Positions 17,351 to 26,893 of a stretch of DNA of 64,000 bases are shown here, piece after piece. The notes beneath the pieces are model-generated. The model saw nothing but the letters and a program-made list of their open reading frames with translations, was not told the DNA's origin and made no database searches. This DNA is from Eubacteriales bacterium. GTDB lineage: Bacteria; Bacillota; Clostridia; Christensenellales; CAG-138. Position numbers and translations under genes: made by a program. How positions within the stretch are numbered: position 1 is the first letter of the stretch; each line of letters starts with the position of its first letter. The DNA lies in assembly GCA_034933205.1 (NCBI GenBank), contig JAYFNY010000001.1, positions 79,920 to 143,919 on the forward strand, read 5' to 3'.

Positions 17351-18859
17351 ATGTCGGAGTATCGTTTGGAATTGCGGGGCATCACCAAGATTTTCCCCGG
17401 CGTAAAAGCGCTGAACCGCGTCAGCTTCCAGCTGCTGCCGGGAGAGATCCACGCCATCATGGGGGAAAACGGCGCCGGAAAGTCCACCTTTATCAAGGTG
17501 ATTACAGGCGTGCATCAGCCGGACGAGGGCGAGATCTTCATGGACGGCAAGCCCGTGGAATTTAAAAACCCGCTGGATGCGCAGCGTCACGGGATCGCCG
17601 CCATCTACCAGCATGTAACGAGTTATCCGCACCTTTCGGTCGCGGAAAACATCTTTATGGGGCACGAAGCGGTGAAACACGGCGTGCTCCAGTGGAAGGA
17701 AATGAACCGCCGCGCGGCGCAGCTGCTGGAGCCGCTGCACGTTTCCTTCAGCCCGACGGCGCTGATGAGCTCGCTTTCCGTCGCGCAGCAGCAGATGGTC
17801 GAAATCGCAAAAGCGCTCTCGATGAACGCGAACATCATCATCATGGACGAACCGACCGCCGCGCTGACCAAGAGCGAATCCGAGGAGCTCTACCAGATTA
17901 CGGAATCCCTTCGGGACGAGGGGAAGAGCATCATTTTCATCTCCCATCGTCTGGAGGACATGTACCGGTTGGCCTCGCGGGTTACGGTCTTCCGGGACAG
18001 CAACTATATCGGCACATATGACGCGAAGACGATCACGGAACCGGAGCTGATTAAGGCGATGGTCGGCCGTGAGATCAAGGAACTATTCCCCAAACCCGAT
18101 ATCAAGCCGGGCGAAGAGGTTCTGCGCGTGGAAGGCTTGAGCCGGACGGGGTATTTCCGGGACGTTTCCTTTGACGTGCGCCGCGGGGAGATCGTCGCTC
18201 TGACGGGACTGGTCGGAGCGGGGCGCACGGAAGTGGTGCAGACGCTCTTCGGCGTGGAGCGCTACGATTCGGGAAAGGTCTTTCTGGAAGGAAAACCGGT
18301 ATCGATCCGCAAGCCGCAGGACGCGCAGCGCCTCGGCATCGGACTGTTAACGGAAGACCGCCAGCAGCAGGGGCTGATCCTCGACTGGGGGATTGGCAGA
18401 AATATCACGCTGCCGGAGATCAAGCGGTACGAGAAATACGGCGTGCTTCTGGAGGACAAGGAGTGCGCGGACGCAAAACGCCAGGCGGAGCGCGTGGACG
18501 TGAAGGCGGTTTCCCTGTTTGACAAGGGGAGTTCGCTTTCCGGCGGCAACCAGCAGAAAGTGGTTGTGGCCAAGGCGCTCAACAGCAACCTCAAGGTACT
18601 CATCATGGACGAACCCACCAAGGGCGTGGACGTCGGCGCGAAGGCCGCAATTTACGAGATCATGGGCGATCTTGCCCGGCAGGGTCTTGCGATCATCATG
18701 ATCTCCTCCGAAATGCCGGAGATCCTCGGTATGTGCGACCGCATCTTCGTGATGTCCGACGGGCGCGTGACCGGGGAGCTGGACCGCCCGCTCGCCTCGC
18801 AGGAACGCATACTGGAATTCGCCATGCGCAAGCACGTTTCCGGCTCGCAGGGTGCCTAA
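17351..18859 (+). CDS. Sugar ABC transporter ATP-binding protein, duplicated ATPase (CUT2; RhaT-like)
   Basis: 502 aa with two ABC cassettes: Walker A GENGAGKST in the first, and signature LSVAQQQ / LSGGNQQK. AAGGAGG RBS. Confidence 0.9.
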   Translation: MSEYRLELRGITKIFPGVKALNRVSFQLLPGEIHAIMGENGAGKSTFIKVITGVHQPDEGEIFMDGKPVEFKNPLDAQRHGIAAIYQHVTSYPHLSVAENIFMGHEAVKHGVLQWKEMNRRAAQLLEPLHVSFSPTALMSSLSVAQQQMVEIAKALSMNANIIIMDEPTAALTKSESEELYQITESLRDEGKSIIFISHRLEDMYRLASRVTVFRDSNYIGTYDAKTITEPELIKAMVGREIKELFPKPDIKPGEEVLRVEGLSRTGYFRDVSFDVRRGEIVALTGLVGAGRTEVVQTLFGVERYDSGKVFLEGKPVSIRKPQDAQRLGIGLLTEDRQQQGLILDWGIGRNITLPEIKRYEKYGVLLEDKECADAKRQAERVDVKAVSLFDKGSSLSGGNQQKVVVAKALNSNLKVLIMDEPTKGVDVGAKAAIYEIMGDLARQGLAIIMISSEMPEILGMCDRIFVMSDGRVTGELDRPLASQERILEFAMRKHVSGSQGA

Positions 18860-18874
18860 GGAGGAATGAACAGC

Positions 18875-19888
18875 ATGTCAAAAACGACCGGATTTCGCAC
18901 CTTCTGGAAACGGCTCACCAATTCGCGGGAGACGACGCTGTTTCTTGTTTTAGCGCTGATCTGCGTAATTATTCAGCTTCGTAATCACTCGTTCCTCACC
19001 GCCAAGACGATTGAGGATATGCTCAAGAACTACTCTACGACCATCACACTGTCGCTGGGTATGATGAGCGTGCTGCTGATTGGCGGAATCGACATCTCCG
19101 TTGCGTCCTCGCTGGCTTTCTCCGGTATGTGTGCATCGTTGCTCATGCGAGAGGGCGTTTACTCCTCCACTCTCGTCATGTTCCTCGTGAGCATTGCCAT
19201 CGGTACGTTCTGCGGATTGATTGTCGGTTCCGTCATCGCCTATGGCGACGTGATTCCCATCATAGCGACGCTGGGTCTGACCAATATTTTCCGCGGCGCG
19301 ACGTACCTCGTTTCGGACAGCCAGTGGGTCTCCGCCTACCAGTTCCAAAGCGCGTTCAAGCAGTTCGCGCAGACGAAGACACTTTCCTTCGGGCTCATGA
19401 ACAACCTGATCTTCATTGCGCTGATCTGCTACGTCGTGTTCTTTTTCCTGATGCGCTGGACGCGCTTCGGCAGGCGCATCTACGCCGTCGGCAGCAATCC
19501 GGAGGCGGCGGCGATCAGCGGGATCAACATCAAGCGGATCAAACTGGTCGTCTACATGATGGCGGGCAGTTTCGCGGGTCTGGTGGGAGCGATGTACACC
19601 TCGCTCTACGCCTCCGCGCAGAACGACATGGCGCTGGGCATGGAGATGGACGTCATCGCCGCCTGCGTACTTGGCGGCGTCAGCCTCAGCGGCGGACAGG
19701 GTTCCGTAGCCGGTGTGCTGCTCGGTGCGCTGACGATGGCGGTCATCAGCAAGGCGCTGCCGCTGATCGGTATTTCGCAGTTCTGGCAGCGGGCGATCAA
19801 AGGGCTGATCATCCTGCTCGCGATCATTATGAATATTCTCGCGCAGCGTGCGCTTCAGAAAAACCAGCTGAAAGCGAGGGAGATCTAA
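18875..19888 (+). CDS. CUT2 ABC transporter permease (RhaP-like)
   Basis: Highly hydrophobic, about 337 aa, RbsC-like. ATG 18875 lies 10 nt from AGGAGG, and the alternative ATG 18866 only 1 nt. Confidence 0.85.
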   Translation: MSKTTGFRTFWKRLTNSRETTLFLVLALICVIIQLRNHSFLTAKTIEDMLKNYSTTITLSLGMMSVLLIGGIDISVASSLAFSGMCASLLMREGVYSSTLVMFLVSIAIGTFCGLIVGSVIAYGDVIPIIATLGLTNIFRGATYLVSDSQWVSAYQFQSAFKQFAQTKTLSFGLMNNLIFIALICYVVFFFLMRWTRFGRRIYAVGSNPEAAAISGINIKRIKLVVYMMAGSFAGLVGAMYTSLYASAQNDMALGMEMDVIAACVLGGVSLSGGQGSVAGVLLGALTMAVISKALPLIGISQFWQRAIKGLIILLAIIMNILAQRALQKNQLKAREI

Positions 19889-19890
19889 GC

Positions 19891-20913
19891 ATGGCCGAAC
19901 AAGTTAAGCGCAATATTGTCGCAAAGCAAACCAAAACCCTCCGCACGGTGCTGCTTCGCTGGGAAACGCTGCTGATCGTCCTGTTCGTTGCGGTTAATAT
20001 AATGAACGCTTCGATCTCGACGAACTACCTCAACGTGGACAATCTCTTTACGGCTATCAGCACGTTTCTCGTGCGCGGGTTCATCGCCCTCCCGATGGCG
20101 TATATCCTGGTTCTGGGCGAGATCGACCTCTCCGTCGGCTCCACCGTCGCGCTTTCGGCAACGCTGCTCGGCGTAAGCTATAACGCCGGTCTGCCGATGG
20201 GTGTTTCCGTCGTCATCGCGCTCGTTTGCGGCACGCTTTGCGGTCTGATCAACGGGCTGATCCTCGTGCGGTTCACCGAACTCGCCCCGATGATCGTAAC
20301 GCTGGGCACCATGACGCTCTACCGCGGCATTGCGGAAATCATCCTCGGAAGCCAGAGCACAGGCAACCTGCATAACAGCACGTGGTTCTATAACCTCTAC
20401 TATGCAAAGCTCGGCTCCGTGCCGTACATATTCCTCGTCTTCTGCCTGTTTGCCGTCGTGTTCGGTTTCACGCTGCACAAAACGGTCTTCGGCCGGCAGA
20501 TTTACGCGATCGGCTCCAACCGGGTCGCCGCCCGTTACGCCTGCGTTCCCGTGCAGCGCGTTCGGCTGATCTGCTACACGTTGGTCGGGCTGGTCTGCGG
20601 CATATCCGCGATCTACTACAGCTCCTGGATGGGAACCATCCGCAGCGACATTGCAACCGGTTACGAACTGGAAGCGATCAGCATGGTTGTTCTCGGCGGC
20701 ATCTCGACCGCGGGCGGCAAGGGGAATTTTCCGGGGACGGTCATCTCTATCTTCACGATCGGGCTTCTGCGCTACGGCCTCGGCCTGGCGAACGTGAACA
20801 CGCAGACCATCCTCATGATCATCGGCGGAATCCTGATCCTCATGGTCATGCTGCCGAACGTGATTGCGGCGTCGTCCGTGAAACGCCCGAGAGCCGCGCA
20901 CGCGGCGCACTGA
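19891..20913 (+). CDS. CUT2 ABC transporter permease (RhaQ-like)
   Basis: True start MAEQVKRNIV... at 19891 with a GAGGGAG RBS. The track ORF 19129-20913 is a frame run-on through the previous gene. Confidence 0.85.
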   Translation: MAEQVKRNIVAKQTKTLRTVLLRWETLLIVLFVAVNIMNASISTNYLNVDNLFTAISTFLVRGFIALPMAYILVLGEIDLSVGSTVALSATLLGVSYNAGLPMGVSVVIALVCGTLCGLINGLILVRFTELAPMIVTLGTMTLYRGIAEIILGSQSTGNLHNSTWFYNLYYAKLGSVPYIFLVFCLFAVVFGFTLHKTVFGRQIYAIGSNRVAARYACVPVQRVRLICYTLVGLVCGISAIYYSSWMGTIRSDIATGYELEAISMVVLGGISTAGGKGNFPGTVISIFTIGLLRYGLGLANVNTQTILMIIGGILILMVMLPNVIAASSVKRPRAAHAAH

Positions 20914-21009
20914 ACCTCGAAGGAAACGAAGCGCGGCCCGAACTGACCCGTAAGATCCGATATGAACACGAGATGTGTTTATATAAAAACAATAAGGAAG
21001 GGGAAAACA

Positions 21010-22101
21010 ATGAAAAAACTACTCGCACTTGCTCTTTGCCTCGTAATGGTGCTGGCGACGTTTGCCTGCGCGCAGACCACTGCGCCTGCGGCGACCGAAA
21101 CCGCCGCGGAAACGGCGACCGAAGCTCCCGCTGCGGAAGCGGCAACCGAAGCTCCTGCTGCCGCTGCGGCATCCTACGCGATTATCGCGAAATCCGCCGG
21201 TAACCCCTACATGGAGAGAATGGCATCCGGTTTTGAAGAAGTCATCAAAGCCGCCGGTGCGGAAGCCATCGTGAAGTACCCCGCTGAAATCACCGCCGAA
21301 GCGCAGATCACCCTGATCAACGAGCTTGTGGCGCAGGGCGTGAGCGGCATCGCCGTTGCGGCGAACGACGCCGACGCTCTGGAAACCTCCCTCAAAGCGG
21401 CTATGGACAAGGGCATCAAGGTCGTGTCTTTGGACTCCTCCGTGAATCCCGCGAGCCGTATGACGCACATCAACCAGGCGGGCGTGCAGCAGGTTGCACA
21501 GTGCCTCGTGGACGCGGTGTATGATCTCACCGGCGGCACCGGCGACTGGGCCATCCTTTCGGCAACCTCCACCGCGACGAACCAGAACGCCTGGATCGCC
21601 GCTATGCAGGAAATCCTCAAGGACAGCAAATATGCCGGCATGAACCTCGTTGAAGTTGCCTATGGCGACGACCAGTTCCAGAAGTCCGTCGACCAGACCC
21701 AGGCTCTGATCGCGAACTATCCGAACCTGAAGGTCATCTGCGCGCCGACCACCGTTGGCATCGCGGCGGCCAGCAAGGTTGTTACGGATAACGGCCTGCA
21801 GGGCAAGCTGATCATCACCGGCCTTGGCCTCCCCTCGGAGATGGCGGAATTCATGGGCGAAGGCACCGTTGCCTGCCCGTACATGTTCCTCTGGAACCCG
21901 ATCGACGTTGGCAAGGTTGCCGCTTACACGCTGCTTGAGATGGTCAACAACGGCCTCAAGGGCGAAGTTGGCGAATCCTTCACGGCGGATGGCAACACCT
22001 ACACCGTAACCGAAGCGGGCGACGGCGGCACCGAAATCATCATTGGGCCTCCGTTCCAGTTTGACGCAACCAACATTGCCGACTGGAAGACCGTGTATTA
22101 A
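21010..22101 (+). CDS. CUT2 sugar-binding lipoprotein (RhaS-like rhamnose-binding protein)
   Basis: MKKLLALALCLVMVLATFAC signal/lipobox, then an A/T/E-rich linker and a periplasmic-binding-protein type I core. AAGGAAGGGGA RBS. Confidence 0.85.
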   Translation: MKKLLALALCLVMVLATFACAQTTAPAATETAAETATEAPAAEAATEAPAAAAASYAIIAKSAGNPYMERMASGFEEVIKAAGAEAIVKYPAEITAEAQITLINELVAQGVSGIAVAANDADALETSLKAAMDKGIKVVSLDSSVNPASRMTHINQAGVQQVAQCLVDAVYDLTGGTGDWAILSATSTATNQNAWIAAMQEILKDSKYAGMNLVEVAYGDDQFQKSVDQTQALIANYPNLKVICAPTTVGIAAASKVVTDNGLQGKLIITGLGLPSEMAEFMGEGTVACPYMFLWNPIDVGKVAAYTLLEMVNNGLKGEVGESFTADGNTYTVTEAGDGGTEIIIGPPFQFDATNIADWKTVY

Positions 22102-22133
22102 TCCCTGTTCCATTTTATGAAACGAACCTGAAG

Positions 22134-22160
22134 AAAGGGCGGGCATCACGCCCGCCCTTT
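22134..22160 (+). terminator. Hairpin after the SBP gene (weak or bidirectional terminator)
   Basis: AAAGGGCGGGC-atca-CGCCCGCCCTTT. The A and T runs are part of the stem and there is no separate U tract. Confidence 0.45.
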
Positions 22161-22292
22161 CCGATTGCACCCCGCGAATTTCCGGAAAAACCGCAGCGGC
22201 CGGTCTGCGGCTGGCTGATGGAAGAGCAACAAAAACAAAGTTTACGAACCTGCGCGGCATCGGTCGCGGCAGGGAATTCCGACAGGAGAAAT

Positions 22293-23357
22293 CATATGAA
22301 TCTGTTTTTTGAACAAAACGAAGCCGCGCTGGAGGAATTTACCCGCGTCTCAAACGCGATCGGCGCGCGCAGCGATTATGTGCAGGGCGGCGGCGGCAAT
22401 ACGTCCGTCAAGCTGGACGGAGGACGGATGGCGATTAAAGCTTCCGGTTACCGCCTCTGCGATATTACGCCCAAAACCGCCTATGCCGTGCTGGATTACG
22501 AAACGCTCCGCGCGTTTTATGAGTCGCACGAAACGGCCGGTCTGGAGGATGTGGAAAAAGCGGGCGCCGCTCAGGCGAAAGCCGTCACCCAAGAGATCGA
22601 AGGGCTTGCGGCGCTTCGTCCTTCGGTGGAGGCGGGGTTCCACTCGCTGCTGAGCCGCTATGTGGCGCACAGCCACAGCGTTTACGCAAACCTGGTCGCC
22701 TGCGCGAAGGACGCGAAAAAGCTGCTTTCCCAGGCGCTGGAAGGCGCGGACTACGCCTTCGGGTTCGTGCCTTACGTCGATCCCGGTGCGCGGCTGACGT
22801 TTTCCATTCGGGACGAGCTTTCTCGCGTACGGCGCGAAACCGGCAGGACGCCCGCGGTGATTCTCATGGAGAATCACGGCCTGATTGCGCATCACGACGA
22901 TCCCGACGAGGTTCTGCGCATCCATTCGGACGCGAACGAGCGGTTCGCGCGATTCTTCGGCCTGACGGGCGAATCGTTTCCCAAGGTGAAAATTTCCGTT
23001 CAGCCGGACGGCAGTTTTGCTTCCGCAACGCCTTTCGTGACGGAGACGCTGAAAACAAAGGATTATTCGGACGAATTCTTACTCACCGAGCCGCTTTATC
23101 CCGATCAGATGGTCTTCTTTACCGGAACGCTGGGCGATACGGCGCGGATCGACCGTTCGACCGGGCGGGTACAATACAAAATGGGCGAAAGCGCGGCGCT
23201 GACCATGGAAGAAACGCTCTGCGCCGTACTGTTCATTCTGGAGACGCTCAAGGCGCGCGGCTTTGCGGTTTCGACCATGGGCGAACAGGCGAAACGGTTT
23301 ATTGCCAACTGGGAAAGCGAAAAATACAGAAAATCGCTGGCTGGAGGAAAGGCGTGA
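22293..23357 (+). CDS. Class II aldolase-domain protein (RhaE-like, putative rhamnulose-1-phosphate aldolase)
   Basis: Starts MNLFFEQNEAALEEF with an AGGAGA RBS. YVQGGGGNTSVKLDGGRMAIKASG is the class II aldolase/adducin N-terminal signature, as in the aldolase half of bifunctional RhaEW (YuxG). Confidence 0.7.
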   Translation, partial: HMNLFFEQNEAALEEFTRVSNAIGARSDYVQGGGGNTSVKLDGGRMAIKASGYRLCDITPKTAYAVLDYETLRAFYESHETAGLEDVEKAGAAQAKAVTQEIEGLAALRPSVEAGFHSLLSRYVAHSHSVYANLVACAKDAKKLLSQALEGADYAFGFVPYVDPGARLTFSIRDELSRVRRETGRTPAVILMENHGLIAHHDDPDEVLRIHSDANERFARFFGLTGESFPKVKISVQPDGSFASATPFVTETLKTKDYSDEFLLTEPLYPDQMVFFTGTLGDTARIDRSTGRVQYKMGESAALTMEETLCAVLFILETLKARGFAVSTMGEQAKRFIANWESEKYRKSLAGGKA

Positions 23358-24874
23358 AGGAACTCAGACTGCTGGCTTTTGATCTCGGCGCTTCGAACGG
23401 CCGCGCGATGCTCGCGCGGTTCGACGGCGAGAGAATTCATCTTTCCGAACTGCATCGGTTCGAAAACGCGTTTCTCGCGGACGGAGCGGCGCATCGCTGG
23501 GACGTGCCCAATCTGATGCAGCAGCTCCGGAAGGGCTTTTTTGCCTGCAAGCGCGAAACCGGCGCCGACCCGGACTGTTTTGGCATCGATACCTGGGGCG
23601 TGGATTTCGGCCTGCTCGACGCGGGCGGCAACCTGATCGAGAACCCGCGCTGTTATCGCGACGCGACGGATGAAGAGATGCTTGCCGCATGGGAAAAGGT
23701 CCCCAAACGGGAGCTGTTCGAGCGCACCGGTATCGCGGCGATGAATTTCAACACCGTCTATCAGCTGGTCCGCCGCGTACGCGAGGGCGACAGGGCGCTT
23801 TCGCAGGCGAGCATGCTGCTTCTCATACCGGATCTGCTGGGGTACCTTTTGACCGGCGAGAAAGCCAGCGAATATACGAACGTCAGCACCACCAACCTTT
23901 ACCATGCCGGGAAGCGGGAGTGGGATTTTGAGCTGATCCGCGCGCTCGGCATCCCGGAGCGGATCTTTACCCGCATCGACTGCGCGGGGAGCCTCCGCGG
24001 ACGCCTGCTGGCGGACGCTGCGCAGGAGGCGGGCGTTTCGCGGATTCCGTTTGCGGCGGTCGGCACGCACGACACGGCTTCCGCCGTTGCGGCCATTCCC
24101 GGGGAGGGGAGCTTTGCGTTTTGCTCGAGCGGCACATGGTCGCTCTTTGGTGTGGAAACGGAAAAGCCGCTGATCAACGACGTTGTATTTCACGCGAACT
24201 TTTCCAACGAGGGGACCGTTCAGGGCGGGTATCGCCCGCTGAAAAATATCATGGGTCAGTGGATCATGCAGGAGTGCCGCAGGGAGTGGGCTCGGCTTGG
24301 CACGCATTATAACTGGAAGGAAATCGATGCGCTGACGGCGCGGGAGCAGCCGTTTTCCGCACTGATCGATCCCGACGACGCGCCGTTTTTCTCGGCGGGG
24401 GATATGTGCGGCAAGATTACCCGCTACTGTGAGCGGACGGGACAGAAGCCGCCGGAGACGCCGGGCGCGGTTTCCCGCTGCGTTTACGAAAGCCTTGCGC
24501 TCAAGTATCGCTGGGCACTAGAATGGCTGGAGAGGATGAAGGGCGAGCGGATCGATACGCTCAATATTACGGGCGGCGGTATTGGAAACGCGCTGCTTTG
24601 CCAGATGACGGCGGATGTGCTCGACCGCCGCGTCGTGGCAGGTCCCGGCGAAGGTTCCGCAATGGGCAACGCGCTTTTACAGGCGATCGCGCTCGGCGAG
24701 ATCAAGGACGTGATGCAGGGACGGGAAATCGTTCGACGTTCCATTCAGCCGCGCGTCTACGAACCGCACCATACGCAGGCATGGGAAGACGCATACGGGC
24801 GATTACTCGGATATATGGAGAAGAAAAAATCCGGATCGATGGATCAAAGCGGGAGCGGATCGCTGCTCGGATAG
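23354..24874 (+). CDS. rhaB: Rhamnulokinase (FGGY carbohydrate kinase)
   Basis: GTG start overlaps the upstream stop (GTGA), with a GGAGGAAAG RBS. LLAFDLGASNGRAM, GIDTWGVDFGLLD, and a C-terminal ITGGG..N FGGY motif. Confidence 0.85.
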   Translation: MKELRLLAFDLGASNGRAMLARFDGERIHLSELHRFENAFLADGAAHRWDVPNLMQQLRKGFFACKRETGADPDCFGIDTWGVDFGLLDAGGNLIENPRCYRDATDEEMLAAWEKVPKRELFERTGIAAMNFNTVYQLVRRVREGDRALSQASMLLLIPDLLGYLLTGEKASEYTNVSTTNLYHAGKREWDFELIRALGIPERIFTRIDCAGSLRGRLLADAAQEAGVSRIPFAAVGTHDTASAVAAIPGEGSFAFCSSGTWSLFGVETEKPLINDVVFHANFSNEGTVQGGYRPLKNIMGQWIMQECRREWARLGTHYNWKEIDALTAREQPFSALIDPDDAPFFSAGDMCGKITRYCERTGQKPPETPGAVSRCVYESLALKYRWALEWLERMKGERIDTLNITGGGIGNALLCQMTADVLDRRVVAGPGEGSAMGNALLQAIALGEIKDVMQGREIVRRSIQPRVYEPHHTQAWEDAYGRLLGYMEKKKSGSMDQSGSGSLLG

Positions 24875-24896
24875 GGTATATGGAGAAGAAAAAATC

Positions 24897-25772
24897 ATGA
24901 TCGATGTATCAAAGTGGGAGCAGATTGCTGCTCAGAATGTAAAAAACCGCAGGCTCGCGGAAGGCCGGCTTGGCGGGAGAATTGCCGTGGTGACCGGCAG
25001 CGCGCAGGGCTTCGGCAAAGGAATTGCCGAGGAACTCTATCGCGAAGGCGCCTGCGTGGTGATTGCGGACCTGAACGAACCGCTGGCGAAGAGCGTCGCC
25101 GGATCGCTCGGCGAACGCGCGGTTGCGGTGAAGGTGGACGTGTCGAACGAAGAGAGCGTGGCGGGCATGATGGCCGCGTGCGTGGACGCGTTCGGCGGGC
25201 TGGACCTGTTCGTGTCCAACGCGGGCGTGCTCAAGGCGGGTTCGCTGGACGAGCTGGAAAAAAAGGATTTCGAGTTCGTAACCAGCATCAACTACACGGC
25301 GTTCTTTACCTGCGTAAAGTACGCGCAGAGGATCATGCGGGCCGAGTTTTCCGCCGATCCCGCGTGGATGGGCGATATCGTTGAGATCAACAGCAAATCG
25401 GGTCTGGAGGGCAGCAACAAGAACTTCGCCTATGCGGGCGGCAAGTTCGGCGGCATCGGGCTGGTGCAGAGCTTTGCGCTGGAGCTTGCCCCGTATAACA
25501 TCAAGGTCAACGCGATCTGCCCCGGCAATTACTACGACGGTCCGCTCTGGAGCGATCCCGAACGCGGATTGTTCGTGCAGTATCTGCACGCGGGCAAGGT
25601 TCCGGGCGCGAAAACGGTTGAGGACGTGAAACAGTTTTATCTGGGCAAGTCGCTGATCAAGCGCGGCTGCCTGCCTTCCGACGTGGCGAAGGCAATCTTC
25701 TACGCCGTGGAGCAAACCTATGAAACGGGACAGGCGATCGCCGTCACCGGCGGTCAGGTGATGCTAAGATGA
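24897..25772 (+). CDS. Short-chain dehydrogenase/reductase (RhaW-like, putative lactaldehyde dehydrogenase half)
   Basis: IAVVTGSAQGFGKGIA (TGxxxGxG), NAG, and the S...YxxxK context FAYAGGKFG. Corresponds to the SDR half of bifunctional RhaEW. Confidence 0.75.
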   Translation: MIDVSKWEQIAAQNVKNRRLAEGRLGGRIAVVTGSAQGFGKGIAEELYREGACVVIADLNEPLAKSVAGSLGERAVAVKVDVSNEESVAGMMAACVDAFGGLDLFVSNAGVLKAGSLDELEKKDFEFVTSINYTAFFTCVKYAQRIMRAEFSADPAWMGDIVEINSKSGLEGSNKNFAYAGGKFGGIGLVQSFALELAPYNIKVNAICPGNYYDGPLWSDPERGLFVQYLHAGKVPGAKTVEDVKQFYLGKSLIKRGCLPSDVAKAIFYAVEQTYETGQAIAVTGGQVMLR

Positions 25773-26887
25773 TCGACCTTTCGTTGCTGCGTTCGCTCGG
25801 CGCGGCGGAGAAAAGCGAGCGGCTGGAAGCGCTCAAACGCGCGGTGGAAGGGGCGGAGTTTCCGCCGACCGACGCGCGCATGGTCAACAACCATATCCAT
25901 ACGACGTATTCGTTTTCTCCGTATTCGCCGTCGGCGGCGGTGTACGCCGCGCGGGCGGAGGGGCTAGCCACCTGCGGCATCGTGGATCACGACAGTATCG
26001 GCGGCGCGGAGGAGTTTCTTGCGGCGGGGAAGATCGCCGGAATTCCGACCACGGTCGGCATCGAGACGCGGGTCTCGTTCGCCGAAACGCCGCTGTCTCG
26101 CCGCAGGACGAACAATCCCGATCAGGTCGGCGTCAGCTATATGGTGCTGCACGCCGTTCCGCACGCGAATATCGGACGGGTGCAGGCGTACTTTGCGCCG
26201 CTTCGCGAGCACAGGAACGTCCGAAACCGCGCCATGGTGGAACGAATCAACGCGCTGTACCGGGCGGACGGCGTTTCGCTCGATTTCGAGCGGGACGTGC
26301 TTCCGCTTTCGCAGTATCGCGACGGCGGCAGCGTGACCGAGCGGCACCTGATGCTCGCGCTGGCTAAACGGCTGATCGCGCTGGGAAAAGCCAGACTGCC
26401 CGAAGGCGCGGGCGAATACGAAACCATGCTGGCTGAGTACGATCTCGTGGGCGCGCTCAAGAAGGACTGCATCCCAAAGGTGTTTCTCGACGCGACAAAC
26501 GAGTGTCCGAAGCTGGAGGAGTTTGTCCGGTTTGCCGCCGAAGTGGACGGTATTCTGGCCTACGCGTACCTTGGCGACGTGACGGCCAGCGTGACCGGCG
26601 ATAAAAAGGCGCAGAAATTCGAGGACGATTATCTTGACGAACTGTTTGAGGTGATCGACCGCTCGGGCGTCCGCGCGGTCACCTATATGCCGACGCGCAA
26701 TACGCAGGAACAGATATTGCGTCTGCGCGCGCTTTGCGAACGCCACGGCATGCTGCAGATCAGCGGAGAGGATATCAATTCGCCGAGACAAAAATTCGTC
26801 ATTGAAAAGATGAAGGAAGCACAGTTTGCGAACCTGATTGAGAACACCTGGCGGCTGATTCGACACGAGAACGGAGAAAAGGAGTAA
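25769..26887 (+). CDS. PHP-domain (polymerase/histidinol phosphatase-like) metal-dependent phosphoesterase
   Basis: Start overlaps the SDR stop (ATGA). NNHIHTTYSFSPYS (HxH) and GIVDHDSIGG are motifs of the PHP fold. Confidence 0.7.
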   Translation: MIDLSLLRSLGAAEKSERLEALKRAVEGAEFPPTDARMVNNHIHTTYSFSPYSPSAAVYAARAEGLATCGIVDHDSIGGAEEFLAAGKIAGIPTTVGIETRVSFAETPLSRRRTNNPDQVGVSYMVLHAVPHANIGRVQAYFAPLREHRNVRNRAMVERINALYRADGVSLDFERDVLPLSQYRDGGSVTERHLMLALAKRLIALGKARLPEGAGEYETMLAEYDLVGALKKDCIPKVFLDATNECPKLEEFVRFAAEVDGILAYAYLGDVTASVTGDKKAQKFEDDYLDELFEVIDRSGVRAVTYMPTRNTQEQILRLRALCERHGMLQISGEDINSPRQKFVIEKMKEAQFANLIENTWRLIRHENGEKE

Positions 26888-26893
26888 TCGCAT

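Noticed and set aside
19129-19890. 5' extension of the 594-aa ORF 19129-20913
   Set aside because: The extension overlaps the upstream permease gene out of frame and translates to R/H-rich nonsense. A good RBS and ATG at 19891 give a normal-length permease.
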